Below, piece by piece: positions 10,901 to 20,774 of a stretch of 64,000 bases of DNA. Position 1 is the first letter of the stretch. The number at the start of each line of letters is the position of its first letter. The DNA lies in contig CBDCJO010000002.1 in the NCBI GenBank assembly GCA_965217865.1, positions 3,808,001 through 3,872,000 of the forward strand, given 5' to 3'. This DNA comes from Candidatus Latescibacterota bacterium. Lineage in GTDB: Bacteria; Latescibacterota; UBA2968; SICM01. A program made the translations under genes and the position numbers. The notes under the pieces were generated by a model that was given only the letters and a program-made list of their open reading frames with translations, ran no database searches and was not told the origin of the DNA.

Positions 10901-11578
10901 ATGATCCGGCTGGAAGAGATCGAAAAATACTACTCGTCCGGTTTCGTAAAGACTTTTGTCCTGAGGGGGATTGACCTCGAAATCGAAGGGGGAGAGTTTG
11001 TCTCGATTATGGGTCCCTCTGGGGCGGGCAAGTCAACTCTGCTCCATATTCTGGGAATGATAGATACCCCCTCAAAAGGGGAATATCATTTTCACGACCA
11101 GCCCGTCCACAAGATGAAAGAGAGGCAAAGAACGGATTTCCACAAGCATCACATTGGATTTGTATTCCAGGCTTATCACCTGATTGACGAGATGACTGTC
11201 TACGAAAATATAGAGTTGCCCCTGCTGTACAAAGGGGTAAAGGGATCGGAGCGTAAGGGTTTGGTTTCAGAAATGCTGGATCGATTCAACATCGTTGCGA
11301 AGAAGAAACTCTTCCCCAACCAGCTTTCCGGTGGCCAGCAACAGCTTGTTGCAGTAGCGCGAGCCTTGGTTGCAAGCCCAAAGCTGATCCTGGCGGATGA
11401 ACCGACGGGCAACCTGAATTCTTCTCAAGGGGAAGAGATCATGGAACTGTTCGTCAGGTTGAACCAGGAGGGGACGACGATTATCCAGGCCACACATTCG
11501 GAGAAGAACGTCTCATATGGGCGCCGGACGATTCACCTTTTGGATGGTTGGGTCGAAAAAGATGAAGCCGCTGCCTAA
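10901..11578 (+). CDS. ABC ATP-binding protein (second LolD/MacB-type NBD)
   Basis: [26 protein letters not shown]; RBS AGGAG upstream. Confidence 0.96.
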   Translation: MIRLEEIEKYYSSGFVKTFVLRGIDLEIEGGEFVSIMGPSGAGKSTLLHILGMIDTPSKGEYHFHDQPVHKMKERQRTDFHKHHIGFVFQAYHLIDEMTVYENIELPLLYKGVKGSERKGLVSEMLDRFNIVAKKKLFPNQLSGGQQQLVAVARALVASPKLILADEPTGNLNSSQGEEIMELFVRLNQEGTTIIQATHSEKNVSYGRRTIHLLDGWVEKDEAAA

Positions 11579-11620
11579 AGGAGCTTTATGGATTAAGTGT
11601 TCCTGGTTCCGGGAGGTGAT

Positions 11621-13658
11621 ATGTTCCAGAACTTCCTGACTATAGCTGTCAGAAATTTACTCAGACAAAAGGTGTATTCTTTTATCAATATTTTCGGATT
11701 GGCGGTTGGTCTAGCGTCCAGTGTCCTCATTCTCCTGTTTGTGAAAGATGAGCTTAGTTATGATCGCTATCATGAAAATGCTGACCGGATTTACCGTGTT
11801 GGCCTCGAGTGGCAATTCCCAAACAATGAACCCATCCAATATATTCCGCGGACATCAGGGCTTCTCGCCTCAACCCTTTTAAATGAATTTCCGGATATTG
11901 AGGAGGCGGTTCGCTTTCTGTCTCTTGACGATTATGGCCGGATATATATCGAACGCGGGAATGTTCGGTTTTACGAAGACGGGGGATACGCTGCGGGTGG
12001 ATCGGTTTTCAAGATATTTTCCTTTCCGCTCCTCAAAGGAGATCCTGAAACGGCCCTTGCAGAACCCTTATCGATTGTGCTTACGGAGCCCCTTGCTCGC
12101 AGGTACTTCGGAAGCAGGAATCCGATCGGTGAATTTCTTACCGTACAAGACTCATTGCATCTCAAAGTCACGGGTCTGCTCTATCCTATCCCATCTAATT
12201 CTCACTTTTCTTTTGACTTCCTCATCTCCCTTGAGACCCTCCCAAGCCTGTTCCCGAAGGTAAAGCAAGATCAATGGCTTTATCTCGTGGGGTATACTTA
12301 TATATTGCTGGGCGAATCTGCATCTGAATCTACCATAAGACAAGAGATTTATGACGTAACCGGGAAATACAACAGGGAGTGGGAAAGCCAGACGGGACAT
12401 AAATTTAAGCATTTTCTCCAACCTTTAACCGATATCTACCTGCATTCTAATCTGTCCTATGAAGTGGGTCCCCTCAGCAGTGTGGTTAGTGTTTATATGT
12501 TTTTTACCATTGCCGTTCTCATCATATTGATTGCGTGCGTTAACTTCATGAATTTGGCGACAGCCAGATCTGCAAACCGTGTTAAAGAGGTGGGAACTCG
12601 AAAAGTTTTAGGCGCATTTCGCAGACAGCTCATTTATCAGTTTTTAGGGGAAGCAGTTTTTATCACTGTTGTTGCTTTGCTTTTAGCCGTTTTTCTGATC
12701 GAACTTGCATTGCCCACTTTTAATGAATTGGCTGAGAAAAAACTGAACTTAAACCTCTTCCACGATAGATCTATTTCTATAGGTCTGATCGTTATCACAC
12801 TCTTTGTGGGTTTAATTTCCGGAAGTTATCCGGCGTTTGCACTTTCACGCTTTAAACCTGTTGAGGTGTTGAAAGCTTCCTCACATCCCCGGTCGAAAGG
12901 AGCATGGATACGACAAGGATTGGTCATTTTTCAGTTTGTCATCTCGATTGTGTTGATCATCAGTACTGCCGTTGTCTACGACCAACTTGAGTATATGAGA
13001 AATCAACAACTTGGGTTCGATAAGGAGGAGTTGGTTATCGTCAAGTTCAAAGGAAATAGAATTATCAAGGCGCGATTAGAACCCATAAAAACAGAATTAC
13101 TGAAACAAGCAAATGTACTTAATGCTTCGGCTTGTTCCTACATCCCGGGGCGCTTATATGATGACATCAAACTCGAAATAGAAGGACCATCCGGCAAAGA
13201 ACCGAAAAGGTTACTTTATCAAACCAACGACCATGAATACATAGAGACATTTGGATTAAGTTTGGTTGCAGGCAGGGATTTTTCAAGGGAGATTCCCACT
13301 GACGAAACAGAAGCATTCATTCTGAACGAAACAGCCGTCAAATATTTGGGATGGGGAAAACCCGAGTCAGCGATTGGCAGACAAGCCAATATGGGCAGCG
13401 ATTTTAAAGAAGGGCATCTCATCGGGGTTGTGAAAGATTTTCATCATGCCTCTTTGCAACACGGCGTAGAGCCTTTTCTAATGCATATAAATCCACATTG
13501 GTTTTCATATCTTGCAATCAAGATCAACGCGGAAGATATACCCGGGACTCTTGCAGCGTTAGAGAATATTTGGCAGCAACTTGTTCCCGATCGGCCATTC
13601 GATTATTTCTTTTTGGATGAAGATTATGAACGGCAATACCGTTCTGAGGTACGGCTAG
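11621..13658 (+). pseudogene. ABC permease truncated by IS insertion before the final FtsX domain
   Basis: Permease motifs run to ..ERQYRSEVRL, then IS sequence begins. The last ~120 aa are not found on the far side of the IS. RBS GGAGG precedes ATG 11621. Confidence 0.9.
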
Positions 13659-15184
13659 CAGCCTGTTGAAAAAGTGCGTTTATGCCAAGATGACTGTTGT
13701 CTTTCCTTGTGGTTTGGTCCTATGATATATCAGGTTCAAACTGAGAAGGGAGGACGAGCAAATGGCAATGGGAAAACGAGGACGACAGAGACAGGAAAAC
13801 CTGTTCATCGCATCGAACACTTTGGTGAAATCTCCGGGTCATCCGTTCTACGAGAAGCTGAATCAGGTATTGGGGGCGAACGGCTTCGACGAGTTCGTCG
13901 AGGGGCTTTGCCAGCGGTATTACGCTCCTCATATGGGTCGCAAGGGCATTCCGCCCGGGGTTTATTTTCGGATGCTTTTGATTGGGTATTTCGAGGGACT
14001 TGATTCGGAACGTGGGATCGAATGGCGTGTATCTGACTCGCTGACGTTGCGCCGGTTTTTGGGGTATGCCCTTGACGAACAGACCCCGGATCATTCCAGC
14101 CTGTCTCGCATCCGGCATCGGCTTCCCTTGGAAGTTCACGAAGCGGTTTTCAAGTGGATCCTGAGGGTCTTGTGCAAAGCGGGTCTGGTGAAGGGGAAGA
14201 CGTTGGGCGTGGATGCTACGACACTGGAGGCCAACGCCGCGATGCGCAGCATTGTACGCCGTGACACGGGTGAAGGCTACCAGGCATTCCTTGAGAATCT
14301 GGCCAAGGCCTCGGGCATTGAAACGCCTACCCGCGAGGACTTGTCCAAGATCGATAAGAAGCGACCGAAGAAGGGATCGAACCAGGACTGGGAGCACCCG
14401 CACGACCCGGATGCCAAGATCGCTAAGATGAAGGACGGTCGCACGCACATGGCGCACAAGGTGGAGCACGCGGTGGATCTGGACACCAATGCCATTGTGG
14501 CAGTGGCGTTGTCGGGAGCAGATGAAGGAGATACCGAGTCGTTGCCCTGGACGCTGCTCGAGGCGCAGCTCAATCTCAAGCAGGTCGCGAAGGACGAAAA
14601 AGCTGCCAAACGTTTGCACAGACAGCGTATACGGGAGGTGGTTGCGGACAAAGGATATCATAGCAACGATGTATTGACCAGTCTGAAGCAAGGCGGCATC
14701 CGGAGTTACATTTCAGAACCGGATCGGGGACGCCGCAAGTGGAACGGCCGACGAGATGAGCAGGCCGCGGTATATGCGAATCGACGCCGGATCAAGGGAG
14801 ATCGCGGCAAGGCCTTGCGCCGAAGTCGTGCAGAACGGGTGGAAAGAACCATCGCTCACACATATGATACCGGTGGCATGCGCAGGTTGCACTTGAGAGA
14901 CCGCGGCAATATCCTCAAGCGTTTGCTGATCCACATCGGGGGCTGCAACCTGGCTCTGCTCATGCGCAAAGTGATGGGCGTAGGTACTCCGAAGGCCCTC
15001 CAGGACCTGGCCAAGGCCTTGCAGCGTCTACTGCTCGTCCTACAATCACGTTTGCTGCCCTCGGTCACCTTTTTAACCTCTTATCAGCGTCTCCTGCTCA
15101 ATCTCCTTACCTTGATTTATCTGACCCGCACTCCAGGCGTCTTTTCCGTTTATGTGCGTTGAAAGGTAGTTCTTCAACGGGCTG
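13659..15184 (+). mobile_element. IS1182-family (IS5-like DDE) insertion sequence
   Basis: Terminal inverted repeats CAGCCTGTTGAAAAA / TTCTTCAACGGGCTG, flanked by CTAG at 13655-13658 and 15185-15188. Confidence 0.9.
13762..15162 (+). CDS. DDE transposase (DUF772 N-terminus; IS1182/IS5-like)
   Basis: GRKGIPPGVYFRMLLIGY..SERGIE..PDHSSLSR, VDATT, ADKGY, R..VER motifs. Confidence 0.93.
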   Translation: MAMGKRGRQRQENLFIASNTLVKSPGHPFYEKLNQVLGANGFDEFVEGLCQRYYAPHMGRKGIPPGVYFRMLLIGYFEGLDSERGIEWRVSDSLTLRRFLGYALDEQTPDHSSLSRIRHRLPLEVHEAVFKWILRVLCKAGLVKGKTLGVDATTLEANAAMRSIVRRDTGEGYQAFLENLAKASGIETPTREDLSKIDKKRPKKGSNQDWEHPHDPDAKIAKMKDGRTHMAHKVEHAVDLDTNAIVAVALSGADEGDTESLPWTLLEAQLNLKQVAKDEKAAKRLHRQRIREVVADKGYHSNDVLTSLKQGGIRSYISEPDRGRRKWNGRRDEQAAVYANRRRIKGDRGKALRRSRAERVERTIAHTYDTGGMRRLHLRDRGNILKRLLIHIGGCNLALLMRKVMGVGTPKALQDLAKALQRLLLVLQSRLLPSVTFLTSYQRLLLNLLTLIYLTRTPGVFSVYVR

Positions 15185-15402
15185 CTAGGGTTGACATCGA
15201 GGATTTCATCCCGCGTTGGGTCAACGATGAATATCGCATCGTTGGAGTGATCGAAAATCTTGTGGAACCGCTCCTCGCTTTCCCGCAGCGCATCCTCCAC
15301 CCGCTTGTGCTCAGCTTCTAATGCTTCCAATTCAGCAATCCGTCGGCGCAGCAGTGTCAATTCGTCAATCTGCTGCTCTTCGGCTTTGTGTTGGTCTTTC
15401 AT
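15185..15402 (-). pseudogene. 5' remnant of a PAS-domain sensor protein cut by the IS
   Basis: Coiled coil ELTLLRRRIAELE..ALRESEERFHKIFDHSNDAIFIVDP..ILDVNP, then reads into the IS end. Confidence 0.85.
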
Positions 15403-15455
15403 CTCTCAGCCTTAGTGCGAAAACGCGAATCGCAAGTCGGTTCTAAGAACCTCGT

Positions 15456-16054
15456 CTAAGTCCTGGTACCCTTGTAGAGGTATGCGACCACGATGCCAAA
15501 GATCAGATGGTTGATCAGGCTGACCAAGGCACCGTATGGGCTGCTACCGCCACCTTGAGGACTGCAGGATTGCAAGGGTTGCAGGGATTACACGGATTGC
15601 AAGGGTTGACAGCGCCTCCGCCCATCATGGAGCCCAGCACAGGCAAAAACGCCAAGGCCAATGCGGTAATCGCGAGGCCAAATACTGCACCCTTCATAAG
15701 TGTGTTCCATCCTTTGACGGGTGCAACGAGCGCCGCATAGACGATACCATAAAAAATGCCCACTGCTAAGTGGATGAGTCCTCCTAGTACCAACCTGCGG
15801 AAATTCGCGTAATCTATTTGCGTAGCAAAAACAGGATGTTAAGTGCGGATTTGCACGCAGAAACTTGCGCAGCTAAGTACTAGTATGTATTGTGCCGTCG
15901 TGCTTTCGCCTGCACCGAGCATCATTCCGCCCAGGCTCATCATGATGTTCGTGCCTGAAAGCCACAGCGTTATCGTTATGACAACCGTGGCCACCAATCC
16001 TGCAACAATCGCGCTTCCCCAATTGACCCCACTCCCGTCAGTTGTTTCTGCCAT
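15456..16054 (-). pseudogene. small 4-TM membrane protein with (NPC)5 Cys-rich loop; interrupted by a MITE and one frameshift
   Basis: Reconstructs to MAETT..TTAQYIL|GGLIHLAVGIFYG..GGGAVNPCNPCNPCNPCNP/CSPQGGGSSPYGALVSLINHLIFGIVVAYLYKGTRT*. Confidence 0.8.
15788..15879. mobile_element. 92-bp MITE with CTAG target duplication
   Basis: CTAG at 15784-15787 and 15880-15883; imperfect terminal IR TACCAACCTGCGGAAATT / TACTTAGCTGCGCAAGTT. Removing the insert restores the reading frame. Confidence 0.85.
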
Positions 16055-16220
16055 GATGCCTTCCTCCCTGTTTGAATACGACCAGGTTTATTAAAATTCC
16101 CAACCAGGGTGACCTACTTCGCCTCTGGAGCCGTCTAACTTGAAATACACGCGCTTCTTCGGCAGCCCCTGGCGAGTGTTCTTCCGTGGCATTCTATCAC
16201 CTCCCCTGGCTTGATTGACA

Positions 16221-16249
16221 TTGACAATAAAACAAATAAGTTTTATATA
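16221..16249 (+). promoter_or_regulatory. sigma70-type promoter
   Basis: TTGACA-17 bp-TATATA. Confidence 0.65.
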
Positions 16250-16251
16250 AA

Positions 16252-16340
16252 GAGATGTGTGAAGACAACGTAATGTTCTCTCACATCAATCTCAGGCCGT
16301 TAGCCTCTGCTTGCCAAAGTCGGTGGCTGACGGCTTTTTA
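16252..16340 (+). ncRNA. candidate ~90-nt sRNA or attenuator leader
   Basis: Follows the promoter; hairpin GATGTGTGA..TCACATC, then terminator AGGCCGTTAGCC..GGCTGACGGCTTTTT; no convincing CDS downstream. Confidence 0.4.
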
Positions 16341-16816
16341 ATGGATAACAATACTCAACGGGGGCACTACCAAAAACCGCACGTACCGATAAATCTCACC
16401 TTCGGCAGTGCGGCTATCTTGTGCAGATCGATTCCCTTCGTCTCCGGACCTTCCCGACCCCGGTCGATCAGACGAGGACCCGCTGCTTTGCGTCCCGGTC
16501 TTTCGACCGGTTTGCCATTTTCGAATCAGTAAAGAGATATTCCAGACAACCTGGATCGTGAAAAATAAAACCCCTTCCTCTGGTTGTCAAGAACTTCCAA
16601 AAATGGTTGATCCAAATGGGCAGCCGGGGTGCTCTATTAGCCTGAAAGTGGCCCTCGATATGCGGACACACCCGACCCACCCCCCACTTCACTCGGACAC
16701 ACGGGATTTGGATTGCATTAATAAAAGGTGAAGACACCGTATCCCCGAGTGTATCAAGGGGTCGGGAACGCGGAAACCTTCTTCGTCAGGCCTGGAACTG
16801 GTTGGAACGATGTCAA

Positions 16817-18172
16817 TCACGGGGAACGTTGAAAGGGGTAAATTGATCCCAACTTAAGTATCCCGGTCAAGGCATCGAGCGCCGCGCGGCTTTCTTCCAG
16901 AAGGTGTGGATCGGACAGGTCGCTGGGGGCCAGCCGGTCGCGATAAAATCGGTCGATCCACCCCCTTAACTCCCGATAGAGGGAATCCGTGAGAAGAACC
17001 CCCTGATGCATGGCCGCGAGCTCTTCCTCCCTTAACACCACCCGAAGTCTCAGACACGCCGGACCCCCTCCGTTTTTCATGCTCTGACGGATATCCACAT
17101 ATTCGATTTCGTGGATCAGGGACTTTTCGACAAGATGCATAAGCAACTGCCTGGTCCGTGGATTCTCCTGACATTCCATCGGCGAGATCATGCAGGTGCT
17201 CCCGTCGGGCATGGTTACAATCTGACTGTTAAATAGATAAGTCGCAACGGCCTCATCCAGCGGGACCTGATCGGGTGAAACCGCGATCAGGATGGGCTCA
17301 TCTTGAGAACACGCCGAGTACTTGAGCTTAACCTCATCGACGACGGATTCGGGATTTGAAAAGGCCAGGGAATGGAAGAGGAGTAGATTTTCATTCCCGA
17401 CGGCGACCAGGTCGTTATGAAAGACGCCTGTGTCGATCGCGTCCGGATTTTGCAGCGCGAAAATAGTCTTGCCGGGGTCCAATCGGTGAAGCCGGGCGAC
17501 GGCCTCAGAGGCTTCAAGGGACTGGCGGGCGGGGAAGGTAGTAGGTTCCCTTGAATCTGGGGCAAAGACTTTTTTCCCATAGACAAACAGTTCAACTCCG
17601 GATTGGGCATGATTTCCGCTCAGGCGGATGTGATTGGCAGCACCCTCGTCGCAGAATACCGATCCACCGGGCAATGGCGGGTGATGGACAAAGAGGCTCT
17701 CGTCCGGGAAAATCGCTTTCAGGAGCCGGCCCGTGGTTGGGGGTTCGATTGAACGGTGAAATTGCGTCACAAGGTTGGCAGGCGTAAAGTGCACTCTTCC
17801 GTCCGCGGTATCCGCACCTGGAGAGACGGTGGCGGCATTGGCCATCCAGACGCTCGAGGCGCTGCAGCATGCCGCCAGAATCTCGGGGCTCTTTCGGCCG
17901 GCCTGTTCTAAAATAATTGCATCGGACCCCCGGAATCCCACTCGCCTCAGGGTCGCCAGATCCGGGCGCTCCTGAGGAGGAAACACCGCCTGTTTGACCC
18001 CCAAGTCACTCAAGAGCTTCATCTTCTGAAGGCCCTGTAGGGCAGCCCCTTTGGGATCGGAGATGCTCAGCCTGTGTTTCGAAGAGGCCAGATTGCCCCC
18101 GGAAAGGCCGCCATAGTTATGAGTCGGACCGATGAGACCGTCCAGGTTTAATTCGAAAGCTGTCTGGGCCAT
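16817..18172 (-). CDS. astB: N-succinylarginine dihydrolase
   Basis: ELNLDGLIGPTHNYGGLS.GN.AS, SASSVWMANAATVSP, DEGAANH, GVFHND, QSMKNGGGPACLRLRV, LGSIYPFQ. Confidence 0.97.
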   Translation of the reverse strand: MAQTAFELNLDGLIGPTHNYGGLSGGNLASSKHRLSISDPKGAALQGLQKMKLLSDLGVKQAVFPPQERPDLATLRRVGFRGSDAIILEQAGRKSPEILAACCSASSVWMANAATVSPGADTADGRVHFTPANLVTQFHRSIEPPTTGRLLKAIFPDESLFVHHPPLPGGSVFCDEGAANHIRLSGNHAQSGVELFVYGKKVFAPDSREPTTFPARQSLEASEAVARLHRLDPGKTIFALQNPDAIDTGVFHNDLVAVGNENLLLFHSLAFSNPESVVDEVKLKYSACSQDEPILIAVSPDQVPLDEAVATYLFNSQIVTMPDGSTCMISPMECQENPRTRQLLMHLVEKSLIHEIEYVDIRQSMKNGGGPACLRLRVVLREEELAAMHQGVLLTDSLYRELRGWIDRFYRDRLAPSDLSDPHLLEESRAALDALTGILKLGSIYPFQRSP

Positions 18173-18230
18173 CGGAACCTCTGGTGGGGGTTCGGGGCGT
18201 CAGGCGATGGAAGAAAACTTCAGGAACCAC

Positions 18231-19265
18231 TCACATCTTAGGAGGTGATGCATAAAGCGGGGCATAGCGAACGGGGTCATTCACGGCCAGATTCAGGGCC
18301 GATGCGGTCTCCCGATTGATCCGGATAACTTCCTCGGAACCCACCTGGACCGGTCCAAGACATGCCCGAAAATCTTTTAAAGTGCTGGCGATGATGAAGG
18401 TTTCTGGAGCCATCGCATCATCTGAAATCCGATCGATCCACGCTTTCCTGCTTTTTTTGAGGATATGGATCTTCTCCAGCGGACAGGTCACGATCGGACC
18501 CGCATCAAATATATCGACCATACCCTGGAATTCGAACCCCTCTTCCTGCAGGATTTTTAGGGCTGGTTTTGTCCTTTCGTGAACCTGTCCGATCAAACCC
18601 TGGACTTTGTTCGGGAACAAAGAGATATAAATTGGATGAGAAGGCATGAGCTCTGCGATGAATCTCTTGTCCAGAACACTCAGGTAGTCCGCCTCGGAGA
18701 AATTCAGATCGAAAAAGTGCCTCCCCAAGGCCTCCCAAAACGGGGGGGATCCCCGATCATCGCTGACGCCGCGCATTTCTGCAATTACCGTCGGTGTGAA
18801 TGCAAAGGGGTGTTCCGCCATAAAAAGGAAACGGCTCTTCGATAAGAATCTTCCGAGACCCGCCTTGCGGTATTCGGGGGAAAGGAAGAGGGTGCCGATT
18901 TCGCAAGGTCCATTGTGCTCAGCGACCAGATGAAGAACCTGAATCTCCTTGCGAACTTTCAACGTCCTGGATTCGTGAACAACCTTTTTTACTTGATACG
19001 CATAAAAAGGCTCGTATCCCCCCACCTTTGAGACAATCCCGCTGCATCCGACAATTCGAGAGGTATTGAGATCTTCGAGGACAAAGAAATAGAATTCCCC
19101 CTCGGGTTCCTCCGGAATCAGCTTAAAACTTCTTGCGGATTTATCGATCCTTTTACGAAGAATTTTCGGGTCGTGCGGCAGAGTGGTCAAGCTGACATCC
19201 CCCCGGCCTGCCAGTTCCGTGACCGCATCCAGATCATCAAGCCTTACAGGTCGAAAGATTACCAT
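18231..19265 (-). CDS. astA: arginine N-succinyltransferase
   Basis: LTTLP, EIGTLFL.PEYR, LSKSRFLFMA, VIAEMRG, PFWEALG..FF, FIAELMP..PIY, DIFDAGP. Confidence 0.95.
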   Translation of the reverse strand: MVIFRPVRLDDLDAVTELAGRGDVSLTTLPHDPKILRKRIDKSARSFKLIPEEPEGEFYFFVLEDLNTSRIVGCSGIVSKVGGYEPFYAYQVKKVVHESRTLKVRKEIQVLHLVAEHNGPCEIGTLFLSPEYRKAGLGRFLSKSRFLFMAEHPFAFTPTVIAEMRGVSDDRGSPPFWEALGRHFFDLNFSEADYLSVLDKRFIAELMPSHPIYISLFPNKVQGLIGQVHERTKPALKILQEEGFEFQGMVDIFDAGPIVTCPLEKIHILKKSRKAWIDRISDDAMAPETFIIASTLKDFRACLGPVQVGSEEVIRINRETASALNLAVNDPVRYAPLYASPPKM

Positions 19266-19472
19266 AGCTTTTCACCAGGAATATAGTCTTGAAAGGGAGC
19301 TTCATCCTGTCCTGTCGTAAGCGATCTACTTACTGTCAAAAAGCCGACGTCACCCCGGAACTCTTCATGAATATGCATTCCCATTCTTTCTCCTGTAAAA
19401 ATATGTAAAGCGTGAATCGATAAGAGGCAATGAACGACCCGCATCCGGGAGGGCCTGGGGGAACCGCAACTG

Positions 19473-19808
19473 TCACTGATCTTCTACTTCCATCAGGATC
19501 CGACGGTTGATTTGCGTCACCACATAGGGGACAAGAAAGGGAATCAGGAGGTACAGCGCCCCGTACACGGGCATTTGCCCAATGCTCTCTGCCAAATGGG
19601 ACATGTGGGAGGTGCCATTGAAGACGTGCTCATTCAACTCCAACAGGCCGTGTATACTTATCCCCACGGTACCAGAGGCCATCAAGGGCCTGGAAAACAC
19701 GTATTTGATGAAACGCCATGCGCCTGTCATCGCACAGAGACTCCTGAGTACATGGGTTAACAGGGGAAAGAGCCCGCTTCGACCCTTCTTTTGCAAATCG
19801 GATGTCAA
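19473..19808 (-). CDS. hypothetical small membrane protein (weak NrtS-like resemblance)
   Basis: Two hydrophobic segments, C-terminal LIPFLVPYVV; start uncertain. Confidence 0.35.
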   Translation of the reverse strand: MTSDLQKKGRSGLFPLLTHVLRSLCAMTGAWRFIKYVFSRPLMASGTVGISIHGLLELNEHVFNGTSHMSHLAESIGQMPVYGALYLLIPFLVPYVVTQINRRILMEVEDQ

Positions 19809-20194
19809 ACCGATAATTCAGATAGATCAGGAAGGCGATTTTCTATAAATAACAGATGCTTAGAGAGTAAAAATGATACACCGAAGGCAGCCTGGAGAGG
19901 GACAGGATCCCATGATGATGTCATAGTTTCACGAAATATCGTGATAGTCCTTGGCCGGTAAGGGGTCTGTGGTTACGCCCCAGGCGATGGCTTCTCGATT
20001 CCCAGCCTATTCATTATCGTTTCTAACGTGATCAACCTCAGCCATGAGCGGTCGGCGTCTACCGGTTATCATAACCTGATTCACAGTCAATAGGATTTCT
20101 CTTCTGAATTCTCTGTCTGAAATTCTTACAATATAGATACAGATCCTCAAATAACCATTTCTACCGTTGAGGAATTGCAACCCTCTGCAAGTTA

Positions 20195-20227
20195 AAGGGG
20201 GTTACAGCGTAGTTGCTGTAACCCCTT
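20195..20227. terminator. hairpin immediately 3' of the tRNA fragment
   Basis: AAGGGGGTTACAGC-gtagtt-GCTGTAACCCCTT. Confidence 0.7.
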
Positions 20228-20235
20228 GGTTATAT

Positions 20236-20280
20236 TGGTCGGGGTGGTCGGATTTGAACCGACAATCCCCTGCTCCCAAA
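20236..20280 (-). tRNA. 3' half of tRNA-Pro(TGG); probable integration (att) scar
   Basis: Minus strand TTTGGGAGCAGGGGATTGTCGGTTCAAATCCGACCACCCCGACCA has the anticodon loop, T-arm GGTTCAAATCC and CCA end. No D-arm or acceptor 5' half upstream. Confidence 0.8.
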
Positions 20281-20774
20281 CCGATATCGGGTTCCGGATG
20301 TTATGACGGAACCTTGATTTTTAAATGCGCCCTTCTTCTGCATCAAACACGTCGAATAGGGTGACCACGGACTTATTCGATGGGATATACATGGGGATGT
20401 AGTCCTCCAGGTAGAGCTGAGACGCAATCGGAAGTTCGCTTATACGCAGCTCTCTCATCTGGTTGTTCCATTTCACGATCTCAGATCGATCGCGTGGGAC
20501 CGCGTGTTCCGTGATCCAACGAGCCACCTCGTCGTCATCCGCCCCGGTGGCCACAAACTCCATAAACTCGATAGCGTTGATTGTAGTGAAGTCGAAGAAC
20601 CTTCGATCGAGCTTGCAGTTGAACTCGTAGTCACCGAGCGCGCCGGCGAGATTATCTTTTGTCTGAGATCGCCCGAAAAAACGGGGGCAAGGTCGAAGCA
20701 AGATCCTGGTTGCCTGTAGGGTTGAGAAGGGATACATATTTTGGGATATCCCTGACCTCACAGGAGGAGTAAAG

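Noticed and set aside
13720-14691. 323-aa minus-strand ORF
   Set aside because: Antisense to the transposase; no independent evidence.
20236-20310. Complete tRNA gene
   Set aside because: Sequence 5' of the anticodon loop cannot form the D-arm or acceptor stem.
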